The notes under the pieces: model-generated | Databases searched by the model: none | Seen by the model: only the letters and a program-made list of their open reading frames with translations | What the model was told of the DNA's origin: nothing | Assembly: GCA_963785725.1 (NCBI GenBank) | Contig: CAWAWS010000002.1 | Coordinates: 224,001-288,000 of the forward strand | DNA: 64,000 nt | Direction: 5' to 3' | Source of the DNA: an uncultured delta proteobacterium | GTDB taxonomy: Bacteria > Myxococcota_A > Polyangia > Palsa-1104 | Position numbers and translations under genes: made by a program | Part shown: piece by piece, positions 52,886 to 63,763 of the stretch | Position numbering within the stretch: the stretch's first letter is position 1 | How the letters are laid out: the number at the start of each line of letters is the position of its first letter

Positions 52886-53689
52886 ATGATGTTGAACGTC
52901 CCTGGGGCCGAGCTATTCGTGACCGAGCTCGGCGACGGGCCGAGCGTCACCTTGATGCTGCATGGTGGTCCGGCCGCCGGCCACGATTATTTACGTCCGG
53001 GGTTCGATGCGCTGGCCGAGCCGGGGGTGCGGCGCCTCTTTTATTACGATCAGCGCGGCTGTGGCCGGTCGACGCTGGAGCCGGGCGTGCCGTTGCCCGG
53101 CTGGCAGACGCATGTAGCCGATATCGAAGCGATTCGTGAGCAGCTGGGGCTGCCGAAGCTGACCCTCGTCGGCTACTCGTGGGGCGCGCTCTTGGCGCTC
53201 TTGTACGCCATCGAGCACCGCGATCGGGTGGGCAAGCTGGCGCTGGTGTCGCCGGCGCCGGCGGCCGCGCGCGAGCGGGCCGAATCGGCGGCGCGACTGA
53301 AGGCGATGAGCGAGCGGCCGTCGGTCGCGGCGCTGCGCGCGACGCTGGACACGACCGACCGGCGCAATCGCTTCGCCCTCGCCGTCGCCGGCTACTTCGC
53401 CAAGCCGGAATTGGCGGTCGGGCTGACGCCGTTCGTCGTCAAGCAGTCGGCCGAGGCGGCGGTGTGGCAGAGCTTGGGCGACTATGACTTGCGGCCGTCG
53501 CTGCGCGGCTTGGGCGTGCCGGCGCTGGTCGTGCACGGCGCCGAAGATCCGATCCCGCTGGCGACGGCGCGCGCGACCGCGAACGCGCTCGACGCGCCAC
53601 TCGTGGCGATCGACAATTGCGGGCACGTGCCCTATGTCGAAGCGCCGGAGCAGCTGATCCCGGCGCTGCGGACGTTCTTAGGCAGCTGA
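52886..53689 (+). CDS. Alpha/beta hydrolase, proline iminopeptidase-like
   Basis: LHGGP, YDQRGCGRS, GYSWG, HG..D, CGH.P..E. Confidence 0.88.
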   Translation: MMLNVPGAELFVTELGDGPSVTLMLHGGPAAGHDYLRPGFDALAEPGVRRLFYYDQRGCGRSTLEPGVPLPGWQTHVADIEAIREQLGLPKLTLVGYSWGALLALLYAIEHRDRVGKLALVSPAPAAARERAESAARLKAMSERPSVAALRATLDTTDRRNRFALAVAGYFAKPELAVGLTPFVVKQSAEAAVWQSLGDYDLRPSLRGLGVPALVVHGAEDPIPLATARATANALDAPLVAIDNCGHVPYVEAPEQLIPALRTFLGS

Positions 53690-54614
53690 CTCGGGATAGC
53701 GATCGACGAGCGCCAGCAGCATGTCGCGCTGCGAGACGTAATCGGGCGCCGTCGCCGTCAACACGAAGCCGCGCAGCTCGTTGACGAGGCAGCGCGGACC
53801 GCCGCCGCCTTTGCCGAACAGCTCGGGCAGCTCGAGCTCCTCGATGTTGAAGCCGCGACGCAGCAAGTTGCCGCGCAATCCCGTCGACAAGCCGCTCGGC
53901 ATCAGAGATCGTCCCGTCGACGCACAAGGAGTTGCAGGCGTAGCCGAGCGCGTCCTCTTCCTCGACGGACAGGACCTCGACGTTGTTGGCGAAGATGCGC
54001 AGCTCGGGCAGCGTGTGGTCGACGAGCGCGCCGCCGTAGGCCAAGAGCGTCGTGTCGCCGCCGCGCGACGTCAGCGGATCGAGCGCGGTGTCGCCGTGGA
54101 ACCAGGGCTCGCGCAGCTGCGCCTCGACGACGCGCGCGCCCATCGGCAGGCGCTCGCGCACGTCGGCGAGCGACTCGCGCACCGAGCGCACGCCCCAGGT
54201 CAGGATGAAGCGATTGCCGGGCAGCGTCGTGACGTCGGCCTGCCCTTCCCACGTGTGAGCCGATTCTTCGACGGGCACGCCGGCTTCGGCCCAAAAGGCG
54301 CGAATATGGCCCTGCTCCGCTTGCCGATGCGCGACGAGCATCTTCGGCAACCGCCAGGTCCATTGGTCGCCCTTGCGAAACAGCGCGCCCGTGTTGGCCG
54401 TGTACGGCAAGCCCGTCAGCGGCGTCGCCGCCTCCGCCGGCGGCGCCATGACGAGGATGCGGCCGCCGTGGCGCGTGATGGCGTCGCACAAGGTCAGCCA
54501 CTCTTGCATCGCGGCGCGCGGGTTGGTCGCGGCGCGCTCTTTGGAGCGGAAGTTCTGCCCTCCGCGAATGGTCCAGCCCGGGCTCGGGTAGGACATCAAG
54601 AACGTGGCCCCCAT
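53678..54614 (-). CDS. Amidinotransferase / dimethylargininase (pentein) family protein (indel at about 53905)
   Basis: A..EW..L...I, YTAN.G, HR..E, WEGQAD, FHGDT, ACN, C-terminal KGGGGPRCL with catalytic Cys. Confidence 0.82.
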
Positions 54615-54654
54615 GGCCTGCAACCGTAACACAAATGTGCTAGATGTTCGGGCC

Positions 54655-55158
54655 ATGCCTTCGATAGAGCCACTCCCGTCGACGGGGATTAGCAAGATCC
54701 TCGGCATGTGCGAGATCCTCGAGGACAAGGGCGGACGCGAAGAGCTGTTCGCGCTCGCTCGTGACATGCACATGCCGTTTTCCGAAGTGCTGCTGGTGAT
54801 CAAAGCGGCCGAGATGCTGTCGCTGATCGAGACGCCGGGACACGAAGCGCAGATTACGGCGTTCGGTCAGAAGGTGCTCGCGGCCGGCATCAAGGACAAA
54901 AAAGTGATGCTCGGGCAGCAGATGCTCAAGCTCAACGTGTTCATGCACATCGTCAAGCTGCTCAAAGGGACGCCGCGCCAGGAATTGCCGGCGGAGCTGA
55001 TCCTCGAGGAGCTGGCGGTGCGGCTGCCGCACGAGACGCCGCGGCAGATGTTCACGACGCTGCTCAACTGGGGCCGTTACGGCGACGTCTTCGGCTACTC
55101 GCGCGACACCGATCTGTTCTTCATGCACCGCGAAGAAGAGGCCACCGCCGCGACGTGA
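54655..55158 (+). CDS. Stand-alone AAA-associated C-terminal domain protein (as in nitrate/sulfonate ABC ATPases)
   Basis: G..E.L...GG.E.L..LA, A.ML..I, T..G, T...WGRY...F.Y; no Walker motifs. Confidence 0.7.
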   Translation: MPSIEPLPSTGISKILGMCEILEDKGGREELFALARDMHMPFSEVLLVIKAAEMLSLIETPGHEAQITAFGQKVLAAGIKDKKVMLGQQMLKLNVFMHIVKLLKGTPRQELPAELILEELAVRLPHETPRQMFTTLLNWGRYGDVFGYSRDTDLFFMHREEEATAAT

Positions 55159-55175
55159 TCTGGGTCACGACGCAG

Positions 55176-55280
55176 GTGGCTAGACTAGCCACTGGTTCGA
55201 CCACTGTCGCCATGTAGGACACTGTCGTCGGCCGCAACTCATTGAATTGACTTCGCGTGACGCTTGGCATTGGGCGTGCT
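55176..55280 (+). promoter_or_regulatory. Sigma-54 promoter with upstream palindrome and direct repeats
   Basis: TGGCATTGGGCGTGCT (55265-55280, GG-N10-GC); perfect inverted repeat gtggctag-a-ctagccac (55176-55192); cactgtcg x2 (55202, 55220). Confidence 0.6.
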
Positions 55281-55307
55281 CATGGGCGCCGGCCAAGGGG
55301 ACACGAC

Positions 55308-55778
55308 ATGAAGACTTGGATCGCGGGGATGCTGGTGGTGGCGAGCGCGGCGACGGGGCACGCGGCGCCGCTGAAGCTGCAGGGTGGCTCGTCGGTGCGC
55401 GTGGCGGTGCATGGCAAGCGCGAGGTCGGCGTCGGGCTCAAGATGCCGAAGCGCAGCGACCACGGCTGGCGCCTGGCGCTGGGCGCGGCGAACGGCGCCG
55501 ACGTCGCCGACGCCGTCGACGTCACCGATGGCGCGAACGACGCGCGCTGGACGCTGGCGGTGCGCGACGGTGCGCTCTTCTTCGACGACGATCGCTTCGT
55601 CGCCGGGCACGCCTATCGGCTCGTCGTGCGCCGCGGCGTCGAGGAGCGCGGCACGGCGCTCGTCTACTTGTACCCGCCGGCGACGGCGAGCAAGAGCGAG
55701 GTCAGCTTCGACGACGAGGGCGCGACGGCCGGCGGCAGCGACGACGAGATCGCGATCAGCAAGAAGCCGACGCTGTAG
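55308..55778 (+). CDS. Hypothetical secreted protein
   Basis: MKTWIAGMLVVASAATGHA signal peptide; AAGGGG upstream. Confidence 0.7.
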   Translation: MKTWIAGMLVVASAATGHAAPLKLQGGSSVRVAVHGKREVGVGLKMPKRSDHGWRLALGAANGADVADAVDVTDGANDARWTLAVRDGALFFDDDRFVAGHAYRLVVRRGVEERGTALVYLYPPATASKSEVSFDDEGATAGGSDDEIAISKKPTL

Positions 55779-55790
55779 CCCGCGGCGGTC

Positions 55791-56522
55791 TCAGTCGTCC
55801 TTGGATTTACCTTGGGCGCTCTTGATGCAGTCGAGGACGTGCGTGAGGACGGCGATGCGCGCGTGCCACTTCTTGTCGGCGCCGAGCACCTTCCACGGCG
55901 CGTGCGCGGTCGAGGTCTCGGCGAACATCTCCTCGGCGGCATCGACGTACAAGTCCCAATGCTCGCGGTTGCGCCAGTCTTCGGGGCCGATCTTCCAGCG
56001 CTTGTAGGGATCTTTTTCGCGCTCGTCGAAGCGGCGCGCCTGCTCGTCTTTGGTGATGGCGAGAAACGTCTTGACCAGCACGACGCCGTCGTCGACGAGC
56101 ATACGCTCGAACTCGTTGATCTCGCGATAGGCGCGCTTCCACTCTTTCTTCTTGGCGAAGCCCTCGACGCGCTCGACGAGGACGCGGCCGTACCAGGTCC
56201 GATCGAACACGCCCCAGCGACCATGCGGCGGCAAGCGCGTCCAAAAGCGCCACATGTAATGATGCTGGCGCTCGACGTCCGACGGCGCAGCGATCGAGTG
56301 CACGTTGAAGCCGCGCGGATCGAGCCGCTCGGTCAGCCGCTTGATGGCGCCGCCTTTGCCGCTCGCGTCCCAGCCTTCGAACGCCACGACGACCGAGCGC
56401 TTCGACTCGCGCAGCCCGAGCGCCGCCTTCAGGAGCTGCAGCTGCAGCTTGGCCAGCTCCTCCTCGTACGTTTTCTTGTCCGCGACCGCCGCCGTGTAGT
56501 CGAGCTTGTCGAGAATGGTCAT
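55791..56522 (-). CDS. ppk2: Polyphosphate kinase 2 family protein
   Basis: FEGWDASGKGG.IKRL...LDPRG, FDRTWYGRVLVERVEG, IN.FE..L, RF..R..DP.K.WK...DW.NR. Confidence 0.95.
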   Translation of the reverse strand: MTILDKLDYTAAVADKKTYEEELAKLQLQLLKAALGLRESKRSVVVAFEGWDASGKGGAIKRLTERLDPRGFNVHSIAAPSDVERQHHYMWRFWTRLPPHGRWGVFDRTWYGRVLVERVEGFAKKKEWKRAYREINEFERMLVDDGVVLVKTFLAITKDEQARRFDEREKDPYKRWKIGPEDWRNREHWDLYVDAAEEMFAETSTAHAPWKVLGADKKWHARIAVLTHVLDCIKSAQGKSKDD

Positions 56523-56545
56523 GGGCCGATGCTACACTGCGCCCC

Positions 56546-57073
56546 GTGATCTCGCGACGCGGCCTCCTGCGCGCAGGGCTCGGCGGCGCGCTCGTCGTCA
56601 GCGGCGCCGCGCTCGTCGCCCGTTCGTTCGGCGGCTGGGGCGGCGGCTATCGGCTCGACGACGCCAAGGCGGCTCGGCTGCGCGCGCTGTCGCCGAAGGA
56701 ATATTTAGTGCTGCAAGCGGTGGCGCGGCGCGTCTGCGCCAGCGACGAGCCCGACGCGCCGTCGGCGGACGCGGTCGACGCGGCGCTGGCGGCGGACGCC
56801 TACGTCGCCCAGTTGCCGCTGCCGATTCAGGAGGAGGTGCGCGCGCTCTTGCAGCTGGTCGAGCATGGCGCGTCGCTGACGGCGCGGTTTACGCGGCTGC
56901 CGGCGGACGCGCAGGACGCGGCGCTGCGCGGCTGGCAGCAGTCGTCGTTGACGGTGCGGCGGCGCGGCTTTCAGGCGCTCAAGACGCTGGCGCTCGTCGG
57001 TTATTGGCGGGACGATCGCACGTGGCCGCTGCTCGGTTACTCGGGGCCGATGCTGCCGAAGCGGGCGCCGTGA
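56546..57073 (+). CDS. Tat-exported gluconate 2-dehydrogenase subunit-3-like protein
   Basis: SRRGLL twin-arginine signal; F..L....Q...L..W..S....RR..F.AL..L...GY.....W...GY.GP. Confidence 0.82.
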   Translation: MISRRGLLRAGLGGALVVSGAALVARSFGGWGGGYRLDDAKAARLRALSPKEYLVLQAVARRVCASDEPDAPSADAVDAALAADAYVAQLPLPIQEEVRALLQLVEHGASLTARFTRLPADAQDAALRGWQQSSLTVRRRGFQALKTLALVGYWRDDRTWPLLGYSGPMLPKRAP

Positions 57074-58579
57074 GCGGCGGCACGATCGAACGCGCGCGCG
57101 ACTTCGGCCGCGACCTCACGCTCGACGCCGACGTCTGCGTCGTCGGCACCGGCGCCGGCGGCGCGATGGTCGCGCGCGAGGCGGCGCGCGCCGGCTTGCG
57201 CGTCATCGCGCTCGAGGAGGGCCCATTCTCGACGGCGCGCGACTTCACGCAGCGCGAGGACGAGATGTTGCCGCTGCTGTTCCAAGACGGCGGCGGCCGC
57301 ACCACCAGCGACGGCGCCATCAGCATCTTGCAAGGTCGCGGCGTCGGCGGCTCGACGGTGCACAACACCAACCTGTGCAAGCGCGCGCCGGCCGAAGTGC
57401 TCGACGGCTGGCGGCTCGACGGCTGGCGCGCGGCCGAGCTCGCGCCGCACTACGACGTCGTCGAGCGCGACTTGTCGGTCACGCCCATCGACGACTCGCG
57501 CATCAACCGCAACAACGCCGTCATTCGCCGCGGCATCGAGAAGCTGGGCTGGCGCGGCGGTCGGCTGTCGCACAATCGCGTCGGCTGCGTCGGCTCGGGC
57601 TTTTGCGAGCTCGGCTGCAGCTTCGACGCCAAGCAGAACGCGCTCAAGGTGCTCATTCCCGACGCCGTCGCGCATGGCGCGCGCGTCGTCAGCGAATGTC
57701 GCGCCGAGCGCGTCGTCGTCGAGGCCGGCCGCGCGATCGGCGTGCAGGCGCGCGCCGTCGACGCGCAGGGCCGCGCCGGGCTGGCGGTCGACGTGCGCGC
57801 CCGCGCCGTCGTCTTGGCCGGCAGCGCCGTCGGCTCGGCGGTGCTGGCTATTCGCAGCGGGCTGCCCGATCCGTCGGGATGCGTCGGTCGCGGCTTGCGG
57901 CTGCATCCGGGCGTCGCGCTGGCCGGCATCTTCGACGAGATCATCGAAGGCTGGAACGGCATCCCGCAGTCGTGGGAATGCACCGAGAAATTACGCTTCG
58001 AAGACGACGACCACGAAGATCGCGCCTGGATCGTGCCGGCGTTCGCGCATCCGATCGGCATGGCGGCGACGCTGCCGGGGTTCGGCGCGGCGCACATGCG
58101 CATGATGCGGCTCTATCCGCGCATGAGCGTGCTGGCGGCGATGCTGCACGATCGCTCCGAAGGTCGCGTCAGCGTGTCGCGCGGGCGGCCGGTCGTCGAT
58201 TACGCGCTCGACGCGTCGGACGCGCGCGCGCTCGGTCGCGGCATGACGGCGTGCGCGCAGATCTTGTTCGCGGCGGGCGCCAAGCGGGTGATGGTGCCGT
58301 TCGCCGAGCCGCTCATGCTCGATCGCGTGGATGAATTGCCGCAGATTCTCGCGCGCGGCTATCGGCCGCTCGACCCGCTTTTGACGGCGGTGCATCCGAT
58401 GGGCACGCTGGCGCTCGGCCGCGTCGTCGACGAGCGCGGCCGCTATCGCGGCGTCGAGCGCTTGTGGGTCGCCGACGGCAGCCTGTTTCCGACGAGCCTC
58501 GGCGGCCCGCCGCAGCTGACGATCTACGCCGCCGGCCACAAAGATCGCCGGCCATCTCGTCACGGATTTACAAGCGTGA
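57070..58579 (+). CDS. GMC family oxidoreductase (probable 1-nt insertion at about 58541)
   Basis: DVCVVGTGAGG, LEEG, GRGVGGST..N, C.GSG.C..GC...AK, VHPMGT, VADGSLFPTS.G..PQ.TIYA; removing one A gives ...HKIAGHLVTDLQA* with a GTGA overlap. Confidence 0.88.
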
Positions 58580-59166
58580 AGCGAGCTTGGGCGTTGTGCG
58601 CGCTCATGGCCGCAGGCTGTACCGATCTGCGCGATCTGTTCACGCCGTATGCGCCGCATCCGGCCGCCGTCGACGCGCTGTTGGCGTCGCAGACGATGTT
58701 GCCGCACTACGACGCCGCGCTCGTGCTCGGCTGCCCGGCCGATCCCGACGGCTCGCCGTCACTGTGCGAGCGCTGTCGCGTCAAGAGCGCCGTACGGCAA
58801 TGGCGGCGCGGCGCCATCGGCGGCATCGTCTTCTCGGGCGGCGCGGCCCATTCGCACGACGTCGAGGCCGACGTCATGGGCGACCTGGCCGTGCGCCGCG
58901 GCGTGCCGGCGAGCGCCGTCGTGCGCGAAGGGCGCGCGCTCACGACGTGGCAGAATCTGCGCTTCTCGCTGCCGCTCCTGCATCGGCACGGCTGGTCGAC
59001 CGTGCTCGTCATCTCGACGGCCGATCATCTGCCGCGCGCGCGCCGCATTGCCCGCTATTGGGGGCTCGACGACGCGCACGCGCGCTACTTCGCCTGCGAT
59101 CGCGATCTACCGCCCGACAGCGACGCCGAGTTTGTGGATCAGCCGCCGACGAAGACGAACGGGTAG
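58576..59166 (+). CDS. YdcF/DUF218 (ElyC/SanA-like) lipoprotein
   Basis: MAAGC lipobox, ALVLG, IVFSGG, EA..M, E..A.TT.QN, IST..HLPRA. Confidence 0.85.
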   Translation: MKRAWALCALMAAGCTDLRDLFTPYAPHPAAVDALLASQTMLPHYDAALVLGCPADPDGSPSLCERCRVKSAVRQWRRGAIGGIVFSGGAAHSHDVEADVMGDLAVRRGVPASAVVREGRALTTWQNLRFSLPLLHRHGWSTVLVISTADHLPRARRIARYWGLDDAHARYFACDRDLPPDSDAEFVDQPPTKTNG

Positions 59167-59660
59167 CTGAACTTCTTGGGGCCTTCGGTGAACTTCGGGA
59201 ACGTCCAGCCGCGGGCGCGCGACTGAATGCAGGCCGGCAGCTTCGACGCCGCGAAGTCGGGCGCGTCGACGGCGACGTTGGACACGGTGCCGGCGGGCGC
59301 GATCTCGAGCGACACGATCGCCTTGCCGCTGCCGACGGTGCCGGCGCGCTCTTCGACCTCGTAGCAGCCTTTGACGCCGGGCAAGTTGCGGCGAATGACG
59401 GTGACGACCTCGGGATCGGGCAACGGGCCCGGCATCGTGTCGACGACGGCGATGGCGGCCGGGCTCGGCGGATCGACGGCGCGGCGCACTTCGCCCATGA
59501 GCCCGCCGCCGCGCTCGCCGGCGATGACGGCCGGCTGCGCAGCTGCGACGATCGCCTGCCACTTGGCGTCGAACTGCGGGTCGCCTTTGGGCCGCGCCGC
59601 CGGTTGACCGTGACAAGCCGCGACCAGCAACGCACCGACGAGCCAAGACTGCCGCATCAC
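59139..59660 (-). CDS. Lipoprotein with AgmX/PglI-like (TonB_C-related) C-terminal domain
   Basis: LVAAC lipobox; V...I......VK.CYE........G.......I...G.V.............CI......W.FP........YPF.F. Confidence 0.75.
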   Translation of the reverse strand: MMRQSWLVGALLVAACHGQPAARPKGDPQFDAKWQAIVAAAQPAVIAGERGGGLMGEVRRAVDPPSPAAIAVVDTMPGPLPDPEVVTVIRRNLPGVKGCYEVEERAGTVGSGKAIVSLEIAPAGTVSNVAVDAPDFAASKLPACIQSRARGWTFPKFTEGPKKFSYPFVFVGG

Positions 59661-59677
59661 ATGATCATATCATCCGG

Positions 59678-60400
59678 CTACTGCGGTTTGAAGGGCGACG
59701 CGGCCTGCGCGTGACGGACGCGGCGTAAGACGAACGCCCACAGCGCCAGCGATCCCAGCGCCACCGCCGCGTACATCGGCCAGCCACGTAAGCTGCCGAG
59801 CAGCAAGTCGTAGCCGGTGTGAAAGCCCAGCGGCACGACGAGCGCGGCGAGGAGGCGGTCGCGGCGTTGGCGGCGCGTGACGTCGATGCCTTGCCACTGG
59901 CCGTCGCCGAGCTTGGCGCGCCCGAAGTAAAAGCCCATCGCGGCGCCGAAGAGCGCGTGGGCGGGCACGGCGAACACCGCGCGCAAGACGCCGATGCCGA
60001 GGCCGTCGCGCGCGACGCACAAGACGTTCTCGACGGTGGCGAAGCCGAGCGCCAGCGCGACGCCGTAGACGACGCCGTCGAGCGGCTCGTCGAGCTCACG
60101 CCAGCGGCCGATGATGGCGTAGAACGCGAGCCACTTGGGCAGCTCTTCGCACGCGGCGGCCAAGACCAACGCTTCGAACGCGCGCGCCGGCAGGCCGCCG
60201 AGCGCCAGCCAATCGTCGCCGACGGCGCGCGCCAACGTCCACGACGCGGCATAGGCCGGCAACGTCGCGGCCGCGCCGAGCACGAAGGCCAAGGCGACGT
60301 GGCCGCGCGGCTCGGGCTCGTAATGATCGCGGAGATAGAAGTAGACGAGCAGAAACAGCGACGGCGCCGCACCGACGACCAGCGTGAGCGCCCACGACAT
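59678..60400 (-). CDS. PrsW family intramembrane protease
   Basis: D..EPEP, EE..K, E..DG.VY....ALGFA..EN, PAHA, H..YD. Confidence 0.92.
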   Translation of the reverse strand: MSWALTLVVGAAPSLFLLVYFYLRDHYEPEPRGHVALAFVLGAAATLPAYAASWTLARAVGDDWLALGGLPARAFEALVLAAACEELPKWLAFYAIIGRWRELDEPLDGVVYGVALALGFATVENVLCVARDGLGIGVLRAVFAVPAHALFGAAMGFYFGRAKLGDGQWQGIDVTRRQRRDRLLAALVVPLGFHTGYDLLLGSLRGWPMYAAVALGSLALWAFVLRRVRHAQAASPFKPQ

Positions 60401-60404
60401 GGGC

Positions 60405-60926
60405 TCAGCGGTGCGTGAAGAACCAGACGACGCCGGCGGCCGAGGCGGCGGCGGCGAGCAGCACCATGCCCACGACGAAGGTGCCCGAGAGGCTCGAGCC
60501 GTCGGACGAGGTGGCGGCGGGCGCGCCGGCCGGCGCCGCGGCCATGCGCACGACGCACTGATGCTCGCCGAAGAAGTGCCGCAGTTTCACGACGAGCGCG
60601 CTGTATTGCACGCGATCGAGCGGAATGTCGGCGCCGTTGAAGCGCTCGCGATGCAGCGCCCGCAGCATCTCGAAGCTGCGCAGCTCCGCCCACGACTCGG
60701 CGGAGTTGGCCGAGCCGGCGACGATGAGGCTGCCGCCGCCTTCGGGGATCAACTTGACGTGTTGCGTGGCCTGCTTGCCGCCTTCGGTCGACATGCCTTC
60801 GGGCGCCGACAGCTCGACGCGATAGGTGATCGGTCCGCGCACGCGCTCCTTGGCCAACGCGATATTGAACGTCTCGGCCAGGGTGATCGCTCGAACGGCG
60901 AACTGCGTGCGCTTGGCATCGGACAT
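60405..60926 (-). CDS. Hypothetical protein with C-terminal membrane anchor
   Basis: 173 aa, GGAGG upstream, single C-terminal TM. Confidence 0.7.
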   Translation of the reverse strand: MSDAKRTQFAVRAITLAETFNIALAKERVRGPITYRVELSAPEGMSTEGGKQATQHVKLIPEGGGSLIVAGSANSAESWAELRSFEMLRALHRERFNGADIPLDRVQYSALVVKLRHFFGEHQCVVRMAAAPAGAPAATSSDGSSLSGTFVVGMVLLAAAASAAGVVWFFTHR

Positions 60927-60969
60927 CAGGTCTACCTCCGACGCCGAATTGTACTATAAAACGAGCGCC

Positions 60970-63042
60970 ATGACCAACCGGCTCGCGAACGAGACCAGCC
61001 CCTACTTGCGCCAGCACGCCGACAATCCGGTCGACTGGTATCCCTTCGGCGACGAGGCGTTCACGCGCGCGAAGACCGACGACAAGCCGATCCTACTGTC
61101 GGTGGGCTACTCCGCTTGTCACTGGTGTCATGTGATGGCGCACGAGAGCTTCGAAGATCCGGCGGTGGCGCAGCTCATGAACGAGCGCTTCGTGAACGTC
61201 AAAGTCGATCGCGAAGAGATGCCCGACGTCGACCAGATCTATCAGCAGGCGCTGCAGCTGATGGGCGAGCATGGCGGCTGGCCGCTGACGATGTTCCTCT
61301 TGCCCGACGGGACGCCGTTTTTCGGCGGCACCTACTTTCCGCCGCGCGACCTGCATGGCCGGCCCTCGTTCAAGCGGCTCTGCTACTCGCTGTCGGAGGC
61401 GTGGAAGCAGAAGCGCGCCGATGTCCTGTCGAACGCCAAGCAGTTCACCGAAGGCTATCAGAGCATCGCGCGGCTCGAGCGCGGCGACGGCGACGCGGCG
61501 ATCCTCGTGGACACGATCGAGCGCGCGTCGGTGCGCCTCGGCACGCGCATCGATCGCAAGGAGGGCGGCTTCGAAGGCGCGCCCAAGTTTCCCAATCCGA
61601 AGTCGATGGAGCTCATCTTGCGCGGCGCGCGGCGGGCGGCGCGGGCGAAAGACGCGGAGGCGCCCGAGCTCTTGCGCGCGGTGACGCTGACGCTGACCAA
61701 GATGGCCGAAGGCGGGATTTACGACCACCTCGGCGGTGGGTTCGCCCGTTATTCGACCGACGCGCACTGGCTGGTGCCGCACTTCGAGAAGATGCTCTAT
61801 GACAACGCGCAGCTCTTGACGCTCATGTCGGAGTGCTGGCAGCTGTCGGGCGAGCCGTCGCTGCCGCGCGTGATTCGCGAGACGGTGGCCTATCTGGAGC
61901 GCGATCTGCGCGCGCCCGAAGGCGGCTTTTACACCGCCGAAGACGCCGACTCCGAAGGCGTCGAAGGCAAGTTCTACGTCTGGACGCCGGACGAGGTGAA
62001 GGCGACGCTCGACGCCGCCGGTGTCGATGCGCGCGCGGCCGACGTGTTCATGCGCTGCTTCGACGTCACGCCCGCCGGCAACTGGCACGATCCGCACGGC
62101 CACGGGCCCGAGGGCGCCAGCATTCTGCATGTCGTCGATCGGCCGCGCGATGACGAAGAAGCGCGGCTCGTCGACGCGGCCAAGGCGGCGCTATTGGCGG
62201 CGCGCAATAAGCGCGTGCGCCCCGGGCTCGACGACAAAGTGCTGGCCGGCAACAACGGCATGGCCATCGCCGGCTTGGCCGAAGCCGGCCGCGTGCTCGG
62301 CGAGCCCGCGTTCATCGACGGCGCGCGCCGCGCGGCCGAGTTCGTGCTCGGCCACATGACGGAGTCGTCGCGCGGGCGGCTCTTGCGCACGTACAGCCAC
62401 GGCGTGGCGCGACTGCCGGGCACGCTCGACGATCACGCGCACGTCTCGGACGGCCTTCTGGCGCTGTACGAAGCGACGGGCGAGGCGCGCTGGCTGGAAG
62501 AGGCGCATCGGCTGACGCGGCTGGCGCTCGGGCTCTTTTACGACGCCGGCGAGCGGCGCTTCTTCATGACCGCGGCCGACGATCCCGGGCTCATTCAGCG
62601 GCCGCCGTCGGTGTTCGACTCGGCGGTGCCGTCGGGAATGAGCGTGTGCATCGAGAACCTGATTCGCATGGGCGACATCTGCGGCGAGCAGGCGTGGCTC
62701 GACATCGCCGAGGCGGTCTTGAAGACGCATTACACGCGCGCGCTCGAGAATCCGTTCGGCTTCTCCAACCTGCTCAACGCGCTCGACTTGTACTTGGAGC
62801 GGCCGACGGAGATCGTGCTCGCGGGCGCAGACGTCACGGCGCTCGAGCGCGCGGTGGCGTCGGTCTATCTGCCGAACCGCATGATCGTGCGCGCGGCCAC
62901 GGCGCCCAAGCTCGTGCACGCGCTCGTCGACGGCAAGAGCGCGCTCGGCGGCGCGGCGACGGCCTACGTGTGCCGCGACTTCACGTGCCAGAAGCCGGAG
63001 CACGATCCGGCGGCCCTGGCGCGCTCGCTCGGCGCGCCGTAA
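60970..63042 (+). CDS. YyaL/SPATA20-like thioredoxin-domain protein (DUF255)
   Basis: [67 protein letters not shown]. Confidence 0.95.
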   Translation: MTNRLANETSPYLRQHADNPVDWYPFGDEAFTRAKTDDKPILLSVGYSACHWCHVMAHESFEDPAVAQLMNERFVNVKVDREEMPDVDQIYQQALQLMGEHGGWPLTMFLLPDGTPFFGGTYFPPRDLHGRPSFKRLCYSLSEAWKQKRADVLSNAKQFTEGYQSIARLERGDGDAAILVDTIERASVRLGTRIDRKEGGFEGAPKFPNPKSMELILRGARRAARAKDAEAPELLRAVTLTLTKMAEGGIYDHLGGGFARYSTDAHWLVPHFEKMLYDNAQLLTLMSECWQLSGEPSLPRVIRETVAYLERDLRAPEGGFYTAEDADSEGVEGKFYVWTPDEVKATLDAAGVDARAADVFMRCFDVTPAGNWHDPHGHGPEGASILHVVDRPRDDEEARLVDAAKAALLAARNKRVRPGLDDKVLAGNNGMAIAGLAEAGRVLGEPAFIDGARRAAEFVLGHMTESSRGRLLRTYSHGVARLPGTLDDHAHVSDGLLALYEATGEARWLEEAHRLTRLALGLFYDAGERRFFMTAADDPGLIQRPPSVFDSAVPSGMSVCIENLIRMGDICGEQAWLDIAEAVLKTHYTRALENPFGFSNLLNALDLYLERPTEIVLAGADVTALERAVASVYLPNRMIVRAATAPKLVHALVDGKSALGGAATAYVCRDFTCQKPEHDPAALARSLGAP

Positions 63043-63057
63043 CGCCGACGGCGGCGG

Positions 63058-63684
63058 CTACTTCGGCGGCGTCGTCAGCGCGCGGCGCACGGCGCGGAAG
63101 GTCTCGAGCGGCTGCTTCCAGCTGGTCTCCTCGACGATCGCGCGCGGCAGCTTGCCACCCAAATTCTCCAACGACACATAGCGCGCATGCGTGCGGCCGG
63201 GACCGCGCGGCGACAGCTCCCACGTGCCGCGCAGCGGCGACACGCGCACCGGCTTGCCCGGCGGCGGGCCGCGGTCGCCGACGTCGCTCCAGGTCATGAC
63301 GAAGCCGTCGCCTTCGCGGCGCCAGCGATAACGCGAGGTCCAGTCGCGATCGCTGATGGGCCACGGCAGATCGAAGCGAAAATAGAGCAGCGCCTCGTCG
63401 CTGCCGCGGCTCAGGATGCGCAGCTCGGCCAAGCGCGGCACGATGCGGCGCAACAGGTCGAAGTCCGTCAAATGCGCGATCACGCGCTCGATGGGCGCGT
63501 CGATGTCGCCTTCGGCCGCGCCCCACGTCAACAGCTGCAGCGGCGACGGCAGCGGCGCGCGGGTGACGGCGATGCCGTCGACGGATTTGACCGGCAGCCA
63601 GGCGCGGCCGTCGGCGGCCGGTGGCGGCAGCGGCTGCGGCAGCTCGGCAGCCAAGCCCAACAGCACCATCGCCAGCGCCCACAT
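63058..63684 (-). CDS. Secreted START/lipid-binding domain protein
   Basis: Signal peptide, W......DGI.V, Y....LPWPISDRD, G.W.L, ..GG.LP. Confidence 0.8.
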   Translation of the reverse strand: MWALAMVLLGLAAELPQPLPPPAADGRAWLPVKSVDGIAVTRAPLPSPLQLLTWGAAEGDIDAPIERVIAHLTDFDLLRRIVPRLAELRILSRGSDEALLYFRFDLPWPISDRDWTSRYRWRREGDGFVMTWSDVGDRGPPPGKPVRVSPLRGTWELSPRGPGRTHARYVSLENLGGKLPRAIVEETSWKQPLETFRAVRRALTTPPK

Positions 63685-63763
63685 GCGACAGACTTTAGCA
63701 GTCGATTGGCGAGCGTCGAATTTAGATCTCGGCCATCCGCGTCGGTTCAACTAGATTGTGCGC

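Noticed and set aside
56506..59166. 886-aa GMC-YdcF fusion protein from the ORF track
   Set aside because: One extra A at about 58541 explains it. The corrected GMC stops at 58579 with a GTGA overlap, and YdcF has its own lipoprotein signal.
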